Assembly: GCA_965240325.2 (NCBI GenBank)
Contig: OZ251223.1
Span: 3,348,001-3,412,000, forward strand
Source of the DNA: Rebecca billardiae RCC1528
Lineage: Eukaryota; Protista; Haptophyta
Direction: 5' to 3'
Length of the DNA: 64,000 bases
Part shown: positions 10,801-19,349 of the stretch, piece after piece
How the letters are laid out: the number at the start of each line of letters is the position of its first letter
How positions within the stretch are numbered: the first letter of the stretch is position 1
Program-made: the position numbers and the translations under genes
Notes under the pieces: generated by a model
Database searches by the model: none
Told to the model about the DNA's origin: nothing
The model's input: the letters and a program-made list of their open reading frames with translations, nothing else

Positions 10801-11049
10801 CTCGACTTTGACGCCTCGCCCGCGCGCGGCTGCGGCTTCCTCTTCCGCGACCACACGCACGGCGCGCTGCTCGATGCGATCGAGCGCGCGCTGCGCGTGT
10901 ACGATGCGCCCGACGGCGAGGCGGGCGCGGCGCTGCGCGCGAACGCCGAGCTGGCCGCGGTCGACATCTCGCACACGGCGCAGGTGTGGGAGGTCGAGCT
11001 GCGCCGCATGTGCAACCGGCTCGAGCCGGCGGCGGCGGCGGGCATGTAA
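4804..11049 (+). CDS. Giant GT5 starch/glycogen-synthase-like protein with an N-terminal degenerate GH13 (alpha-amylase-like) domain
   Basis: Single ~2080-codon ORF. C-terminal GT5 motifs: APEFGPISSVGGLG, VIVTNDWTTALVP, HVCHS, FVGRITRQKGVHLL, MPSLFEPGGIVQHEF, TDGLRDSV, GFLF. Central GH13-like motifs: SFAELEAALPAVRARGIRALIL, LGG..ARAAELEMRVLV, LLNWRAAAVW, GVHGVFLHGA. Hidden in-frame introns cannot be excluded. Confidence 0.85.
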   Translation: MSRAAFALPFSPALASALRGDVAWSDERTAVIVRSLARSPELGPAPRAPRAAHGDDWSRALAYAHALVADRAGLLRALGAPTGSCDQSNTERTPRVCIADIDALLARAPADAGAAALSAELAREDVLWVPLAADLESAPGGVIVPEALALAVAAGGLLDAHASVMVAAGVCAALRAATARAAHTPDEPSVGDGRCAARELLGRLESVAQTPFDQPAADAAASALVSTPHPDGCSHDAVLASLERALVCAQLCGDRGALGRLEEVLVACVGHASGGVSSAAVRLLNALYDGTPWQLDAPLPVRVRAVGQPLSVRASARQRPAPLCAAEAEADGRGAHAAAGGADAATHGRLAVQLAEPHSACACAPSERPAGAAPGATAAPPLWARRVSLVLLPEAAAPGALGAAGAHAEGRGLEDESESVTEDDDDSDTESDGAAADGARGAPRADDADACGARAARRERCGAAGEAAGVGRAPRSAGARGALRVALGTLHRAGPYDWRLVRVLRDGTVLPCGGGAGGAGGAGGAGGAGARSRGRVLAQPADLSGALSVASVRFGASGGVPSPRSFAELEAALPAVRARGIRALILDDCVADGCGTAARAELGGCRALASACARAAELEMRVLVRVRASVCAARAHRKHSAHALLAADDHHGGLGRARCADVPSRLLLNWRAAAVWRQLRAECAALVRGCGVHGVFLHGADEWPRLLRADADELGRIDADGERHYPAARALEAPVVRSGRRSGGAGGAGGGVDGGERGADALGYWHSGAFAAGWPNPLLLALSAALSACAHPDSGAPSAIVLAGCSHAERAAALSVSGCVPAACPLLLPPTGGARAVALLARTLPRGALLAARPPASPEPPAPTAAGAAGCAHRAAPLGAAGRAHGGASGAARPGFGGGPSSSGLQNGLLALALPVVACADEETAAVWAPPASVSRAAAAAASEAAACGGTGGRSSTGACADAPAPQWAGGVEPGLPRESPDAPTSPPPPLPARAALLRARALHPHLFRAPAHAVRALELRALGGAAAIGVERACAHAWLAPRSGSAVVFAMGTAGWAVRAALPLPAALLRARALGGARCAHGVVLRARALAQSAGVRWAAGGAHGSGAGLYAAAELASGQLWVELPPCAGGSAVCIEITAARVDGAVGECGCCTEPAPAPGAPADAARAPAARACEGCLAAELLSHATARLEYLPHGIDARANAAASLLSTGLREAAATGDGGTLCAALGQLRACTRAAPAVLRRALATAHHAYSLLPDAELTRMIARVSAGGRSAALPPAGSGDGGGGSGSGGGSGSGSGSSEAGRSASSAASLQLGHDDGGAAPRADAAAAGAAATGAAPSADTADVGAAGASAADAPCVRSHDGAAPGAPTSAAADAARPAELSATAVGAVAAAGGGGGGLGRAALCSAGGGGMSASASSSVDSSANADGRGVSDEEAPSRGGGGRAAAGAAAAGSGAAQPRGATRAARARADAHADGADGAAAAAAALDGVSAALGHAPEPPLVIAFIAPEFGPISSVGGLGVLVGHLSAALAAGGAGVEVHVLVPYWAVSARGDTGDYARARGAGRQAAWAVRHFTVDARADGAPPAVACVRSASLRGVRAHLLSCDGLFGGRPYAQLDLTAAALFAHAAVRALEVLAVCADVIVTNDWTTALVPATIRRARAARAAPPAGVAERAAAAAISRAVLVHVCHSLEAGYEGSLLVSSAELAAVEAMGVPAELLLDDAPKRGAGGAAPGAHGGPPYAPAELAGSRGAREQQQRRQQRQQQQLDARRGGGAGASANGAHAVSLSRAALLCCDRWATVGLSYCARLLEMSRLAPLLRARGPPIIAPPGVPLDEHRAAMAALAPSRGAAKAQLQRLCFGAAGVRAATPLLAFVGRITRQKGVHLLLDALPALLERRGGDVQLVVCGRAEPADRYAQSCARQMGALRERYPHHFWARPAHYCAHGALVNLAADVCVMPSLFEPGGIVQHEFFAAGAPVVAFDTDGLRDSVLDFDASPARGCGFLFRDHTHGALLDAIERALRVYDAPDGEAGAALRANAELAAVDISHTAQVWEVELRRMCNRLEPAAAAGM

Positions 11050-11150
11050 GTAGCTCTGCGCCCCGCCGGAGCAGACAGCGGGCAGTGCACTGTGCCAGTG
11101 CTGATGATCTGTGGCTCAGTACGGTCAGACAGTGACGCGACATCGGCTGT

Positions 11151-11153
<3 letters not shown>

Positions 11154-11211
<58 letters not shown>
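11154..11211. repeat. (CT)n microsatellite
   Basis: About 29 CT units between the convergent 3' ends of the GT5 and Nudix genes. Confidence 0.95.
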
Positions 11212-11213
<2 letters not shown>

Positions 11214-11313
11214 ACTGCGTATCATGCTCGCGTAGTCTACACTTTAGTATATGTGATGACGACGATCGTCTCGGAGGCCCTTCGAATCCCGAGGCAACTC
11301 AGAATGCGCCGCC

Positions 11314-12336
11314 TCATGCGTCGTCGGCGTCGCGATCGTCGCACAGATGAAGGCGGTCGCGGTGCAGCGCTGCGAGCAGCTCGACATAGTCAGGCTCAGA
11401 ATCGGCGGTGACCACGCCATGGCGGATGAGGAAGTCGAGCATCACCGCGACCATTGCCGGGCGAAGCGCACCGCTCCCTGCGCGGACCTCGGCCTCGAGC
11501 TCACGCATGGGCATCAGCCGGAACGCCTGGACCTCGCCGTCCGCGGCAGTCGGCTGCCAGTCCGCAGGGACCGGGAGGTCGAAGTTGAGATACACGGACT
11601 GCTTGAGCCGCGAGCCGTCGGGGCGGCTGGTCATCAGGCTGAGCGCGCCCGTGGCCACCGCGCGCGTGAATAGCTCGGCAGACACGCCCGCCTCCTCGGC
11701 CGCCTCCTTCTCGGCGTTGGCGCGCACACTCATCCCTGAGGCGAGCCCGCCCGCAGCGGTCGGGTCCCAGCACGACGGATAATAGCTCTTGTCTGCCGCG
11801 CGCTGTGCGAGCCACACGCCACGAGGGGGCTCCCCAGCCGAGAGGCCTGGCACGTAGCAGTGCACGTGCACGCCAGAGGACGTGGTGCCGAGCACCTGCG
11901 CGGCATTCCTGTCCACCGTCGCCAGGCGCGGAGCACCAAACGTCGGCGCGACGTCGAAACGCTCCCCGTGTCGGCCGGGCAGGATGCCTGCGGCGATGAG
12001 CGCGTCGGTGGCCACGTCGAGGGCCGCTGAACGCGAGCCTTCAGTGCCATCCATTGCGCGAGTCAGCCGGAGCGCGCTGGCACCAGCAACGCGTCCGCCT
12101 GAGCTCACCTCGAAGAGCGGTGTGCCACTCTCTCGCGAGGTGCATGCGGCAAGGATGGGCACAAGTGTCTGCTCCACCTGCCCCACGCAGCGGCCACCGA
12201 TGGAGAGTCCCAGGTACCTCGAGGCGTGGCGCGATGCATCAAGTGCGCGGATGCGCTCAAGCAACCGAGGCGCCTCCGTCGTGCTCGGGGCGATCGCGAG
12301 TCCCGCGGCGAGCATGGACACGGCCGCCGAGCTCAT
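11314..12336 (-). CDS. Nudix hydrolase, DUF4743 / plant NUDT20 / yeast YJR142W-like
   Basis: Nudix box GGLASGMSVRANAEKEAAEEAG. Family motifs DRNAAQVLG..GVH, WLAQRAADKSYYP, DGEVQAF, DFLIRHG. Hydrophobic N-terminus. Confidence 0.85.
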   Translation of the reverse strand: MSSAAVSMLAAGLAIAPSTTEAPRLLERIRALDASRHASRYLGLSIGGRCVGQVEQTLVPILAACTSRESGTPLFEVSSGGRVAGASALRLTRAMDGTEGSRSAALDVATDALIAAGILPGRHGERFDVAPTFGAPRLATVDRNAAQVLGTTSSGVHVHCYVPGLSAGEPPRGVWLAQRAADKSYYPSCWDPTAAGGLASGMSVRANAEKEAAEEAGVSAELFTRAVATGALSLMTSRPDGSRLKQSVYLNFDLPVPADWQPTAADGEVQAFRLMPMRELEAEVRAGSGALRPAMVAVMLDFLIRHGVVTADSEPDYVELLAALHRDRLHLCDDRDADDA

Positions 12337-13161
12337 GATTGTCGTCGAGAGTAAAATACTAAAATCCCGCCAGCCCGGGCCGCCTCCCCGTCCGGATCAT
12401 TGCTTGACCGGACACAGCATGATGACATGACGGCGCGCTGACTGGCACCTGACTGGCAGTCTGGCACTGGCAAGTGGCATGAAGTGACACTGACAAGTGA
12501 CAGCACTTTGACAAGTGACAGACAGACGATACACTACTCATACAGCAATACTGTCACTGTAGAGATAGACAGGCTACAGTTAGACAACGTCGATCGACAG
12601 GCTGCTACTGACGACCGTTGCTCATTAACAGTTACTTATTAGTTGCTACTCAGCAACAGCTAGAGCTACTTTAAAAGTGTAATTGAGCTAACTAGTAGCT
12701 GTGAGGCTGAGGCAAGCGTGTCTCTGCCGCGCTCGCCTGACGGGCTGACAGGACTCGGTCAGCGGGCCGCTCTCTGCGGAGTCACCGAGTCCGAGTCCGA
12801 GACCGAGTCAGTGCCGTGACGGCTTTTTACTCACCGAGTGGCGAGTGCCAACGCGGGGCAGTCGGCAGAACCGTCTGCTGTGCCGCGCCGAGTAGTAGAC
12901 AGTCACAGTCGTAGTGTTAAACTGGCGCCGGGTGTCCGCCTGCCGAGTCGTGCCCGACGGCTCGGTGAGGCAGCCTCGGCTGCCTCTCGGAGTGAGTGAG
13001 TCGGCACCGCTGAGCACTCCGTGCAGTAGCTCATGACTAACTATGAGGCTGCACGGTTGGCGCCTCCGCGCCTCGGACGCTCACGCTTGTCGCCTGTCGC
13101 CGTCGGCCGCGCGCGACAATGACATCGGATCGAATCTGTGCCTGCCGACTTGCCGAGTAGC

Positions 13162-14292
13162 TCACTTCTGGCGGTTCGAATCGTTCTCCGTGGTACCCGT
13201 ACCACGATCAGCGCTGGACGGGCTGGGCGCCTCATTCATTTCTGGCGAGTGTGGCGAGCTGGCGAGCACGAGCCCAGAGACATTACCCTCGAGCATGTAG
13301 CAGCCTGTCGCCGCCACGCAAAAGGGGAGCGTCAGCATGGGAGTGCCGAGCGCACCACCTATGGCCGTGTTGATACCCGCCGTGGCGACGGCGGTGGTGG
13401 CGGCGCCGCCGATGGACAGGGCGACGGCGGCCGGGGTGGGTACGAAGAAGACAGAGACGGCGAGCGAGGTGAGCGCCGGGTTGAACCCGCACAGGCCGTG
13501 CGCAATATCCGCTGCCTGCGCGCCCAGCAGGGCTGAGGTGAGCGCACCGACAGCGGAGCCACCGAGCAAGCTTGCAGCGCACAGCGGCGAGTACGTCGCA
13601 ACTCCAGCGAAGATGAACGCCCCCGCCGCGGCTGAATCCACGACGAAGATCTGCGAAATGCCCACTAGCGGCGACATCAACAGGTCGAACGCGCCTGGCA
13701 CCGCTGCCGCCGGCCCGTCAGTGGCCGCGGCAGCTGAAGCGGCGAGCGGCTGCACGCGCAGGAGGCCTGCGAGCGCAACGGCGTTGAAGGCGAGCGTCCA
13801 GTGCGGCACGCTGCCCATGGCACGCGCGCATGCCAGCGCGACGAATGGGGAGACTGCCGCCCCTGCGACGGTCGCGGCGGCAGGCACGAGCCCGTGAATG
13901 CCTGCCATCGGGAGGAAGACAGCAAACGCACAGCCAACGAGCGCGCCGTTGTAACCCATCAAGCCATCCTTGACGGCGCCTGCGTCGAGGCCGGCCAGCA
14001 TGGCGGTGACAGTCGCGGTGGCAGCGCCCGTGCCAGCCAGTGCCGCCAGCATGGGATCCCCCAAGGCGAGGCCGCCCATGATGACCGCGCCGGCGAGAGG
14101 CGAGTTGCAGAACACCACCTGCCCGACTCCTCGCAGCGTGGCATCCACGGGTGGCGGGAGCGAGAGTGCGGGCGTCGAGCCGCTCGGGCCACTGAGGGAA
14201 CGCTCGCTGAGAAGCGATCGCCCGAGGCAAGCAGCCGCGACGCGCGGCGGACCGAGGCGTGTCAAGGGCCGCACGCGAACAGCACGGAGCAT
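13162..14292 (-). CDS. UT: Urea transporter/channel (UT, SLC14 family) with an Arg-rich N-terminal presequence
   Basis: Duplicated UT motifs LRGVGQVVFCNSPLAG / GLMGYNGALVG and VGISQIFV / GLCGFNPAL; pore motifs WTLAF and LTLPFC; about 10 hydrophobic helices. Confidence 0.9.
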   Translation of the reverse strand: MLRAVRVRPLTRLGPPRVAAACLGRSLLSERSLSGPSGSTPALSLPPPVDATLRGVGQVVFCNSPLAGAVIMGGLALGDPMLAALAGTGAATATVTAMLAGLDAGAVKDGLMGYNGALVGCAFAVFLPMAGIHGLVPAAATVAGAAVSPFVALACARAMGSVPHWTLAFNAVALAGLLRVQPLAASAAAATDGPAAAVPGAFDLLMSPLVGISQIFVVDSAAAGAFIFAGVATYSPLCAASLLGGSAVGALTSALLGAQAADIAHGLCGFNPALTSLAVSVFFVPTPAAVALSIGGAATTAVATAGINTAIGGALGTPMLTLPFCVAATGCYMLEGNVSGLVLASSPHSPEMNEAPSPSSADRGTGTTENDSNRQK

Positions 14293-14553
14293 CCCGCCGA
14301 GCCGGGGGTACTCGACCGGGTAGACCTCCGGCTGGAGGGCCGAGCCGCCGAGGGCCGCTACAGTTTACTATGTTTTAACGTGCACACTTGGTTAAGGCGT
14401 GATATATTACAGTTTATTTGTTTTTTTAACGTGCGTAAGGCTCACGGTGGCAGGTTGCCGCTCTCCGAGAGAGACCTGGAAGGATGGCGGCGGTCGTCGT
14501 CGTCTGAACGAGATTACACTTCCAGCAGAGAGTGATCTTCGGCGAGTGACGGG

Positions 14554-16097
14554 ATGGCAATCAACCTGCTGCGCGACGAGCGCGTGTCACTCGCGGCGGA
14601 CGAGGAGTGGCGCTTCGAGGTTGATTACGGCGCGCAGGCGGCCGTGACCCTGAAGGAGGGGCTGGCGGAGATCTTTGGCACCGAGCTCGTGCGCGACCGG
14701 CGGTACACGTTCAGTGGGGTGAAGCTGGCCGTGTTCACGTGGCACGGCTGCTCGCTCGAGGTGGAGGGGGCTTTCTCGCACCAGTACATTGCGCGTGAGA
14801 CGCCGATGCTCGGCGTGCTCAAGTTCCACGAGGAGCTGGAGCAGAGGCGGAGCGCGGCCCTCGCCGCACTTGGGCGTGGTCCGCGCGTGATGGTCGTCGG
14901 CTCAGATGACTGCGGCAAGTCTACCCTCTGTCGCATCTTGGCCAACTACGCGGCACGGCGGAGCCACGGCACCACCTTCGTCGACCTCGACGTCGGGCAG
15001 CAGCTCTGTGGCCTCACTGGCTCGGTGAGCGCCGTCGCATGGCATGCTCCGTTCGACCTCGAGCTGGGTGCCGAGTACGCAGCTCCGGTGCGTTCACAGC
15101 CGCGGTGCAGAGCGACATGGCTGTGTGATCGCGTGAGCTCACCCCCCCCTCTCCCTCCGCGCGCGCAGCTGATCGTGCGCCGATCCACCCTCCCCCTGCC
15201 TCGCTGGCCTGTGCCCCCGCCGCCGCGTGCTGCAGCTCGCCTTCTGGGTGGGGCACGTCCGGGCGTCTGAGCAGGTGGCCTTGTATCGCCACAGCGTTGG
15301 CCGGCTCGCAGCGGAGCTCGATCAACTGGAGAAGGAGCACATCGGCGCGCGCACGTCCGGGATCATCGTGAACACCTCGGGCTGGGTCGATGGCGACGGG
15401 TACGAGGCGCTCATTCACGCAGCCGAGGTGCTGCACGTCGACACCATCGTCGTCATTGCCGACGATCGGCTGTATTCGCGGCTCACGGTGTGCGCGCGCG
15501 AGCGGGTGCGCGGGAGTGCATCACACCAGCCGGCGCGCGTGTGCCCGGAGCTGACGGCGCGGCTGACGCGGGGCGCGCGCGTGCGGCACGGCCGCTGGGC
15601 AGGGTCACTTCTCGCACAAGAGCCTGACGGTCATGCGTGTGCCCAAGTCTGGTGGCGTCGTCGTCCGTGAGAAGTCGTTCAAGCACGAGGGCCGCATGGA
15701 GCAGCTGCGCACGTACTTTTACGGCCACAACGGGCAGCTCTGCCCGCACTCGACAGTGGTGCAGCTGAGCGCCGTGACTCTACTCGTGATCGATGAGGCG
15801 CCGGCGCCGCCGGCCGACACGCTGCCCATTGGCACCATTGTGCAGCGACACGTGTTGCGCGTGGTGAAGGCGCCGATATCGCACTGGATTTCGTTACTCA
15901 AATCAGTGCTCGCTGTGTCCCTTGCTCAATCGGCTGACCAGGACGAGGTGCTGGCGGCCCCTATCGCCGGTATGGTGTACGTCACGCACGTCGACGTTGA
16001 TGGTGGTCGTGCAACCTTGCTTGCCCCCTCGCCGGCTGCGCTGCCGAGCACTGTAATCATTTGCGGCGCGATCAAGTGGCTCGAAACTGGACGATGA
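14554..16097 (+). CDS. CLP1: Polyribonucleotide 5'-hydroxyl kinase / mRNA cleavage factor Clp1, 3 exons
   Basis: Exons 14554-15087, 15236-15487, 15603-16097; introns 15088-15235 and 15488-15602 (GT..AG). Motifs AEIFGTEL, AVFTWHGC, P-loop GSDDCGKST, DLDVGQ, IVNTSGW, VPKSGGVV, YFYG. Confidence 0.93.
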
Positions 16098-16547
16098 CTC
16101 GACGATTCGTCCTGAGTCTGACGAGCAGGCGCGGATGGAAGACGCATCTTTCCAGCTACTGTCTACTCGACGCGGTAGCCGCGCCGCTCCGTCCGCCGTC
16201 GTCGAGCGTCGTTTATAACTACTACTAGCCCGGAGCGGCGTACTACAGCCATATCGAGACGGCCCGTATACTGCTAGAGTCTGACTAGAGTGACTACTAG
16301 AGTACTAGACCTAGTCGGAGCCCGATACTGACGGTACTCACGAGCAGCCATCTCGTCTACTCACTCAGCAGTGTCGATCATCTATCTAGCTAGCTAGTAT
16401 ATCATCGCGGACAGGAATGGGGACTCCGACGGTCTCGGCCGACATGTAATCAGTAATAATTGTATCGCTCGGCTCTGTCATGAGATTCTGTGTAGACACG
16501 GGTCCACGGGACGTGATGCCACGGAGACAAAGGTCGGACCGCGTGCG

Positions 16548-16999
16548 TCAGGCAGATGTCACAGGAACCACAGCCGCTGGCGCAGGGCTCACCGGCGCCG
16601 GGTCGTCCGCCGGGCTCGCCAGCGCTAGGTCGGCCACCGGGCAGGCTTCCTTGCTGTCCGAATCCTGGCCCGCGCTCGAGGTGCGCAGGCGGCACTCTCG
16701 GTTGATGCAGTAGCCGTTGCCAAAGCCACGCTTGCGCGAGCCACACTTGTTGCACAAGCCCTTGTCGGACTTCGTGACACGGCGGCGCAGCCGATGCTGT
16801 TGGAGAGCGGACGCGTCGGCGGCGATGATGATCGTTCGCGAAGGTATCATACTACCGCTGAGCATCACGGGCACCATGCCTGGCTGCATCACCTGGTATC
16901 CGCGGGGCGAGGTGGGTGAGGGCGAGGGCATACCAGATGGCGCGTAGCCGCCCAAGGGCGCGTTCGCCGACATGGCCGCAGGCACAGGCACATGCGGTG

Positions 17000-17063
<64 letters not shown>

Positions 17064-17065
17064 AA

Positions 17066-17129
<64 letters not shown>

Positions 17130-17158
17130 AAGCTGCAGCAGCAGCTGCTGCTGCTGAA

Positions 17159-17214
<56 letters not shown>

Positions 17215-18452
17215 ATGCCTGGGTGCATCTGCGGCAGCTGCTGCGCAAGCATCGATTGCATCTGCATGTGCGCGGGAAGGTGCTGCTGCGGCGGCGGCGG
17301 CGGCAGCAGCGATGGAGCTTGTGGCGATGGGGCCATGAATGGCGTCAGCTGCGGGAGATGGTAGTGGTACTGCTGCGGCTGCGGCTGCTGCGGCTGCTGC
17401 GGCTGCGGTGGCTGCTGCTGCTGCTGCTGCTGCTGGAGCTGCTGGAGCTGCTGGAGCTGCTGGAGCTGCTGGAGCTGCTGGAACTGCTGCGCCTGCGGCG
17501 CGAGCTGCGGCGGCAGCTGCGGCGGGAGCTGCGGTTGCGGCGGGAGCTGCGGTTGCGGCGGCAGCTGCGGTTGCGGCAGCTGTGTATACATCTGCGGCGA
17601 CTTGAACGCCTGCATCGGGGCCGGAGACAGGCCCATGGGCTGCTGATGTAGCGCCTGCAGCTGGGGCTGCGCCATCTGCTGGTGGCCCGGAATGTAGTGC
17701 TGCTGCGACTGCGGCTGCGGCTGCTGCTGCTGCGGCTGCATCGCGAGGGGATGGCCCTGGTTCTGGGCCTGGTGCTGCAGGTGCTGGATGAGCGGGCCGG
17801 GCGGCATGGCATAGTGCTGCTGCCCTGGGGGGGCCTGTGCGGCTAGCAGCGACATGCTGTTCGGTGCAGCGTAAGGTGCGGGCTGCGCGCCCCTCGAGCT
17901 CGGGGAGTGAGGAAGCTGATGCGGCTGAGCGGGAGCATGTGGTGGCAGGGCGGGAGCCCACGCAGCTCGGCCGCCATGAGCCGCCGATGCATGCGGGTCC
18001 AGCCCGCCACATGCCTGTGCCAACCCCATGCCGGCGCCCGGCACGGCAACGCCCATCATGCTCCCTGCGGAGCAGCGCTGAAAAGCGCTCATGCCGCTCT
18101 CGCGGGGGTCAGCCCCAGCCGCGAGCGCGTGCTCCGAGAGCAGCGGGGCGGGCGCGGAGGCCGGCGGTGCGCCTATGGTTATGCCCAATCGCCCCGACGG
18201 CGCGCTGTCGGGCGCCGGCGCCAGGGCCAGTGCTACTGCCGGGGCGTTGGCCATCCGCGCCGCGCTGCGCGCAGACGAGCGCGTGCCCACGAGCGAGTTG
18301 TCGAGGCTCGTGATCGAGCGCGACTGGTCGGAGCGGGAACGACGAAGGCGTGCGCTCGCCTTGCCCTCCGGTGGCGCGCCGTCCACTAGGTCCGCGTGCG
18401 CGTCGTCCGAGGCGAGTGCGGCGTCTCGAGGTCGGGACACCGCCGCTGGCAT
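16548..18452 (-). CDS. Q/P-rich intrinsically disordered protein with a C-terminal CxxC..CxxxxC zinc-ribbon-like motif
   Basis: Long ORF with a ~70-residue polyQ tract and C-terminal RRRVTKSDKGLCNKCGSRKRGFGNGYCINREC. Start uncertain: the frame is open up to 18659 with further ATGs. Confidence 0.7.
17002..17213 (-). repeat. (CAG)n coding repeat (polyglutamine)
   Basis: Near-pure CTG run on the + strand, interrupted by a few Leu codons. Confidence 0.95.
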
Positions 18453-19135
18453 GGGATGCGAGGCACGCGAACGACCTCTCGCGAGCGACTGACCGCTTGC
18501 CCAGCTCGAACTCGATTTGGGCACATCGCAATTCGGGGTGGCGAAAGGAGTATTCTGAGGGTAACCCGCGCATTCCATGCGCGGGTCCAGATGCCATCTG
18601 CACATAGGACATTGTGACCCGCCTAGAAGAATCACGTATCGGCTCGCTGTCGCTCGCACCGGCCGGCCAAGGGCGAATCGAAGTATTTGTAATATTTGCC
18701 GGTCCGTGGCATCGAATAGAGGAAGGGAACCGGCTTTTAGTCGGAACGTTCTTCTCTAAAGTCAAGGGAGGCCGCCTCGTCTTCTACTCTTGTGGAGGGG
18801 ATCTATCAAAGTTGCCGATTCATATGTGGCCCGAAGGTTCGTTTAATGATCTGCGGCTTCTGGCAATATGTGTACCGCTGAGACACAGCGCGAGATGTAC
18901 AAGGTATTGGTGTTGCCAATTGAGCTCCAGTCGCTCAAATAGGTAGATCCAATACCGCGACAACACTGGCGAACAAACACAACCGATGGCATTGGTTCAG
19001 TTCACTTCCACACCCCTCTCCAATTGTGTACACTGGTATGCCGTCTGGCTTTGAACACGGTTCGGCGACCGAGGAGAGCTTTGTACTTCCAGATTCCTCA
19101 CCTCGGCTTTTCACTTGGTTATCGTTACCCCGATT

Positions 19136-19199
19136 ACCACCCCCCTCGCTCAGATCTCATATATTCTAATTGATATGAGATCTGAGCGAGGGGCGTGGT
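19136..19199. repeat. Near-perfect 27-bp inverted repeat with a 10-nt loop
   Basis: accac-c-cccctcgctcagatctcatat / attctaattg / atatgagatctgagcgagggg-c-gtggt; one C.C mismatch. Confidence 0.9.
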
Positions 19200-19349
19200 T
19201 GTTTGGTCATATGTGAGCGGTGTCCCCTAGGAATTATCATAACGTCAATTGTTAGATGATCAATTGATGATTGATTATCAGTCCGGACGCCCCAAACCAC
19301 TTCCCCTGGGGAAGTGGGGAGCTCGACGGCCGTCTCACAGTCGCAGCGC

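Noticed and set aside
5065-10974. 1969-aa antisense ORF, and similar long antisense ORFs at 20334-23468, 6975-9485 and 28563-29945
   Set aside because: Shadow ORFs caused by extreme GC and GC3 bias opposite real genes; R/A-rich with no domain motifs.
16889-17812. PolyL, polyS, polyA and polyC ORFs over CAG tracts (also 60773-62733)
   Set aside because: Alternative frames and strands of the polyQ repeats.
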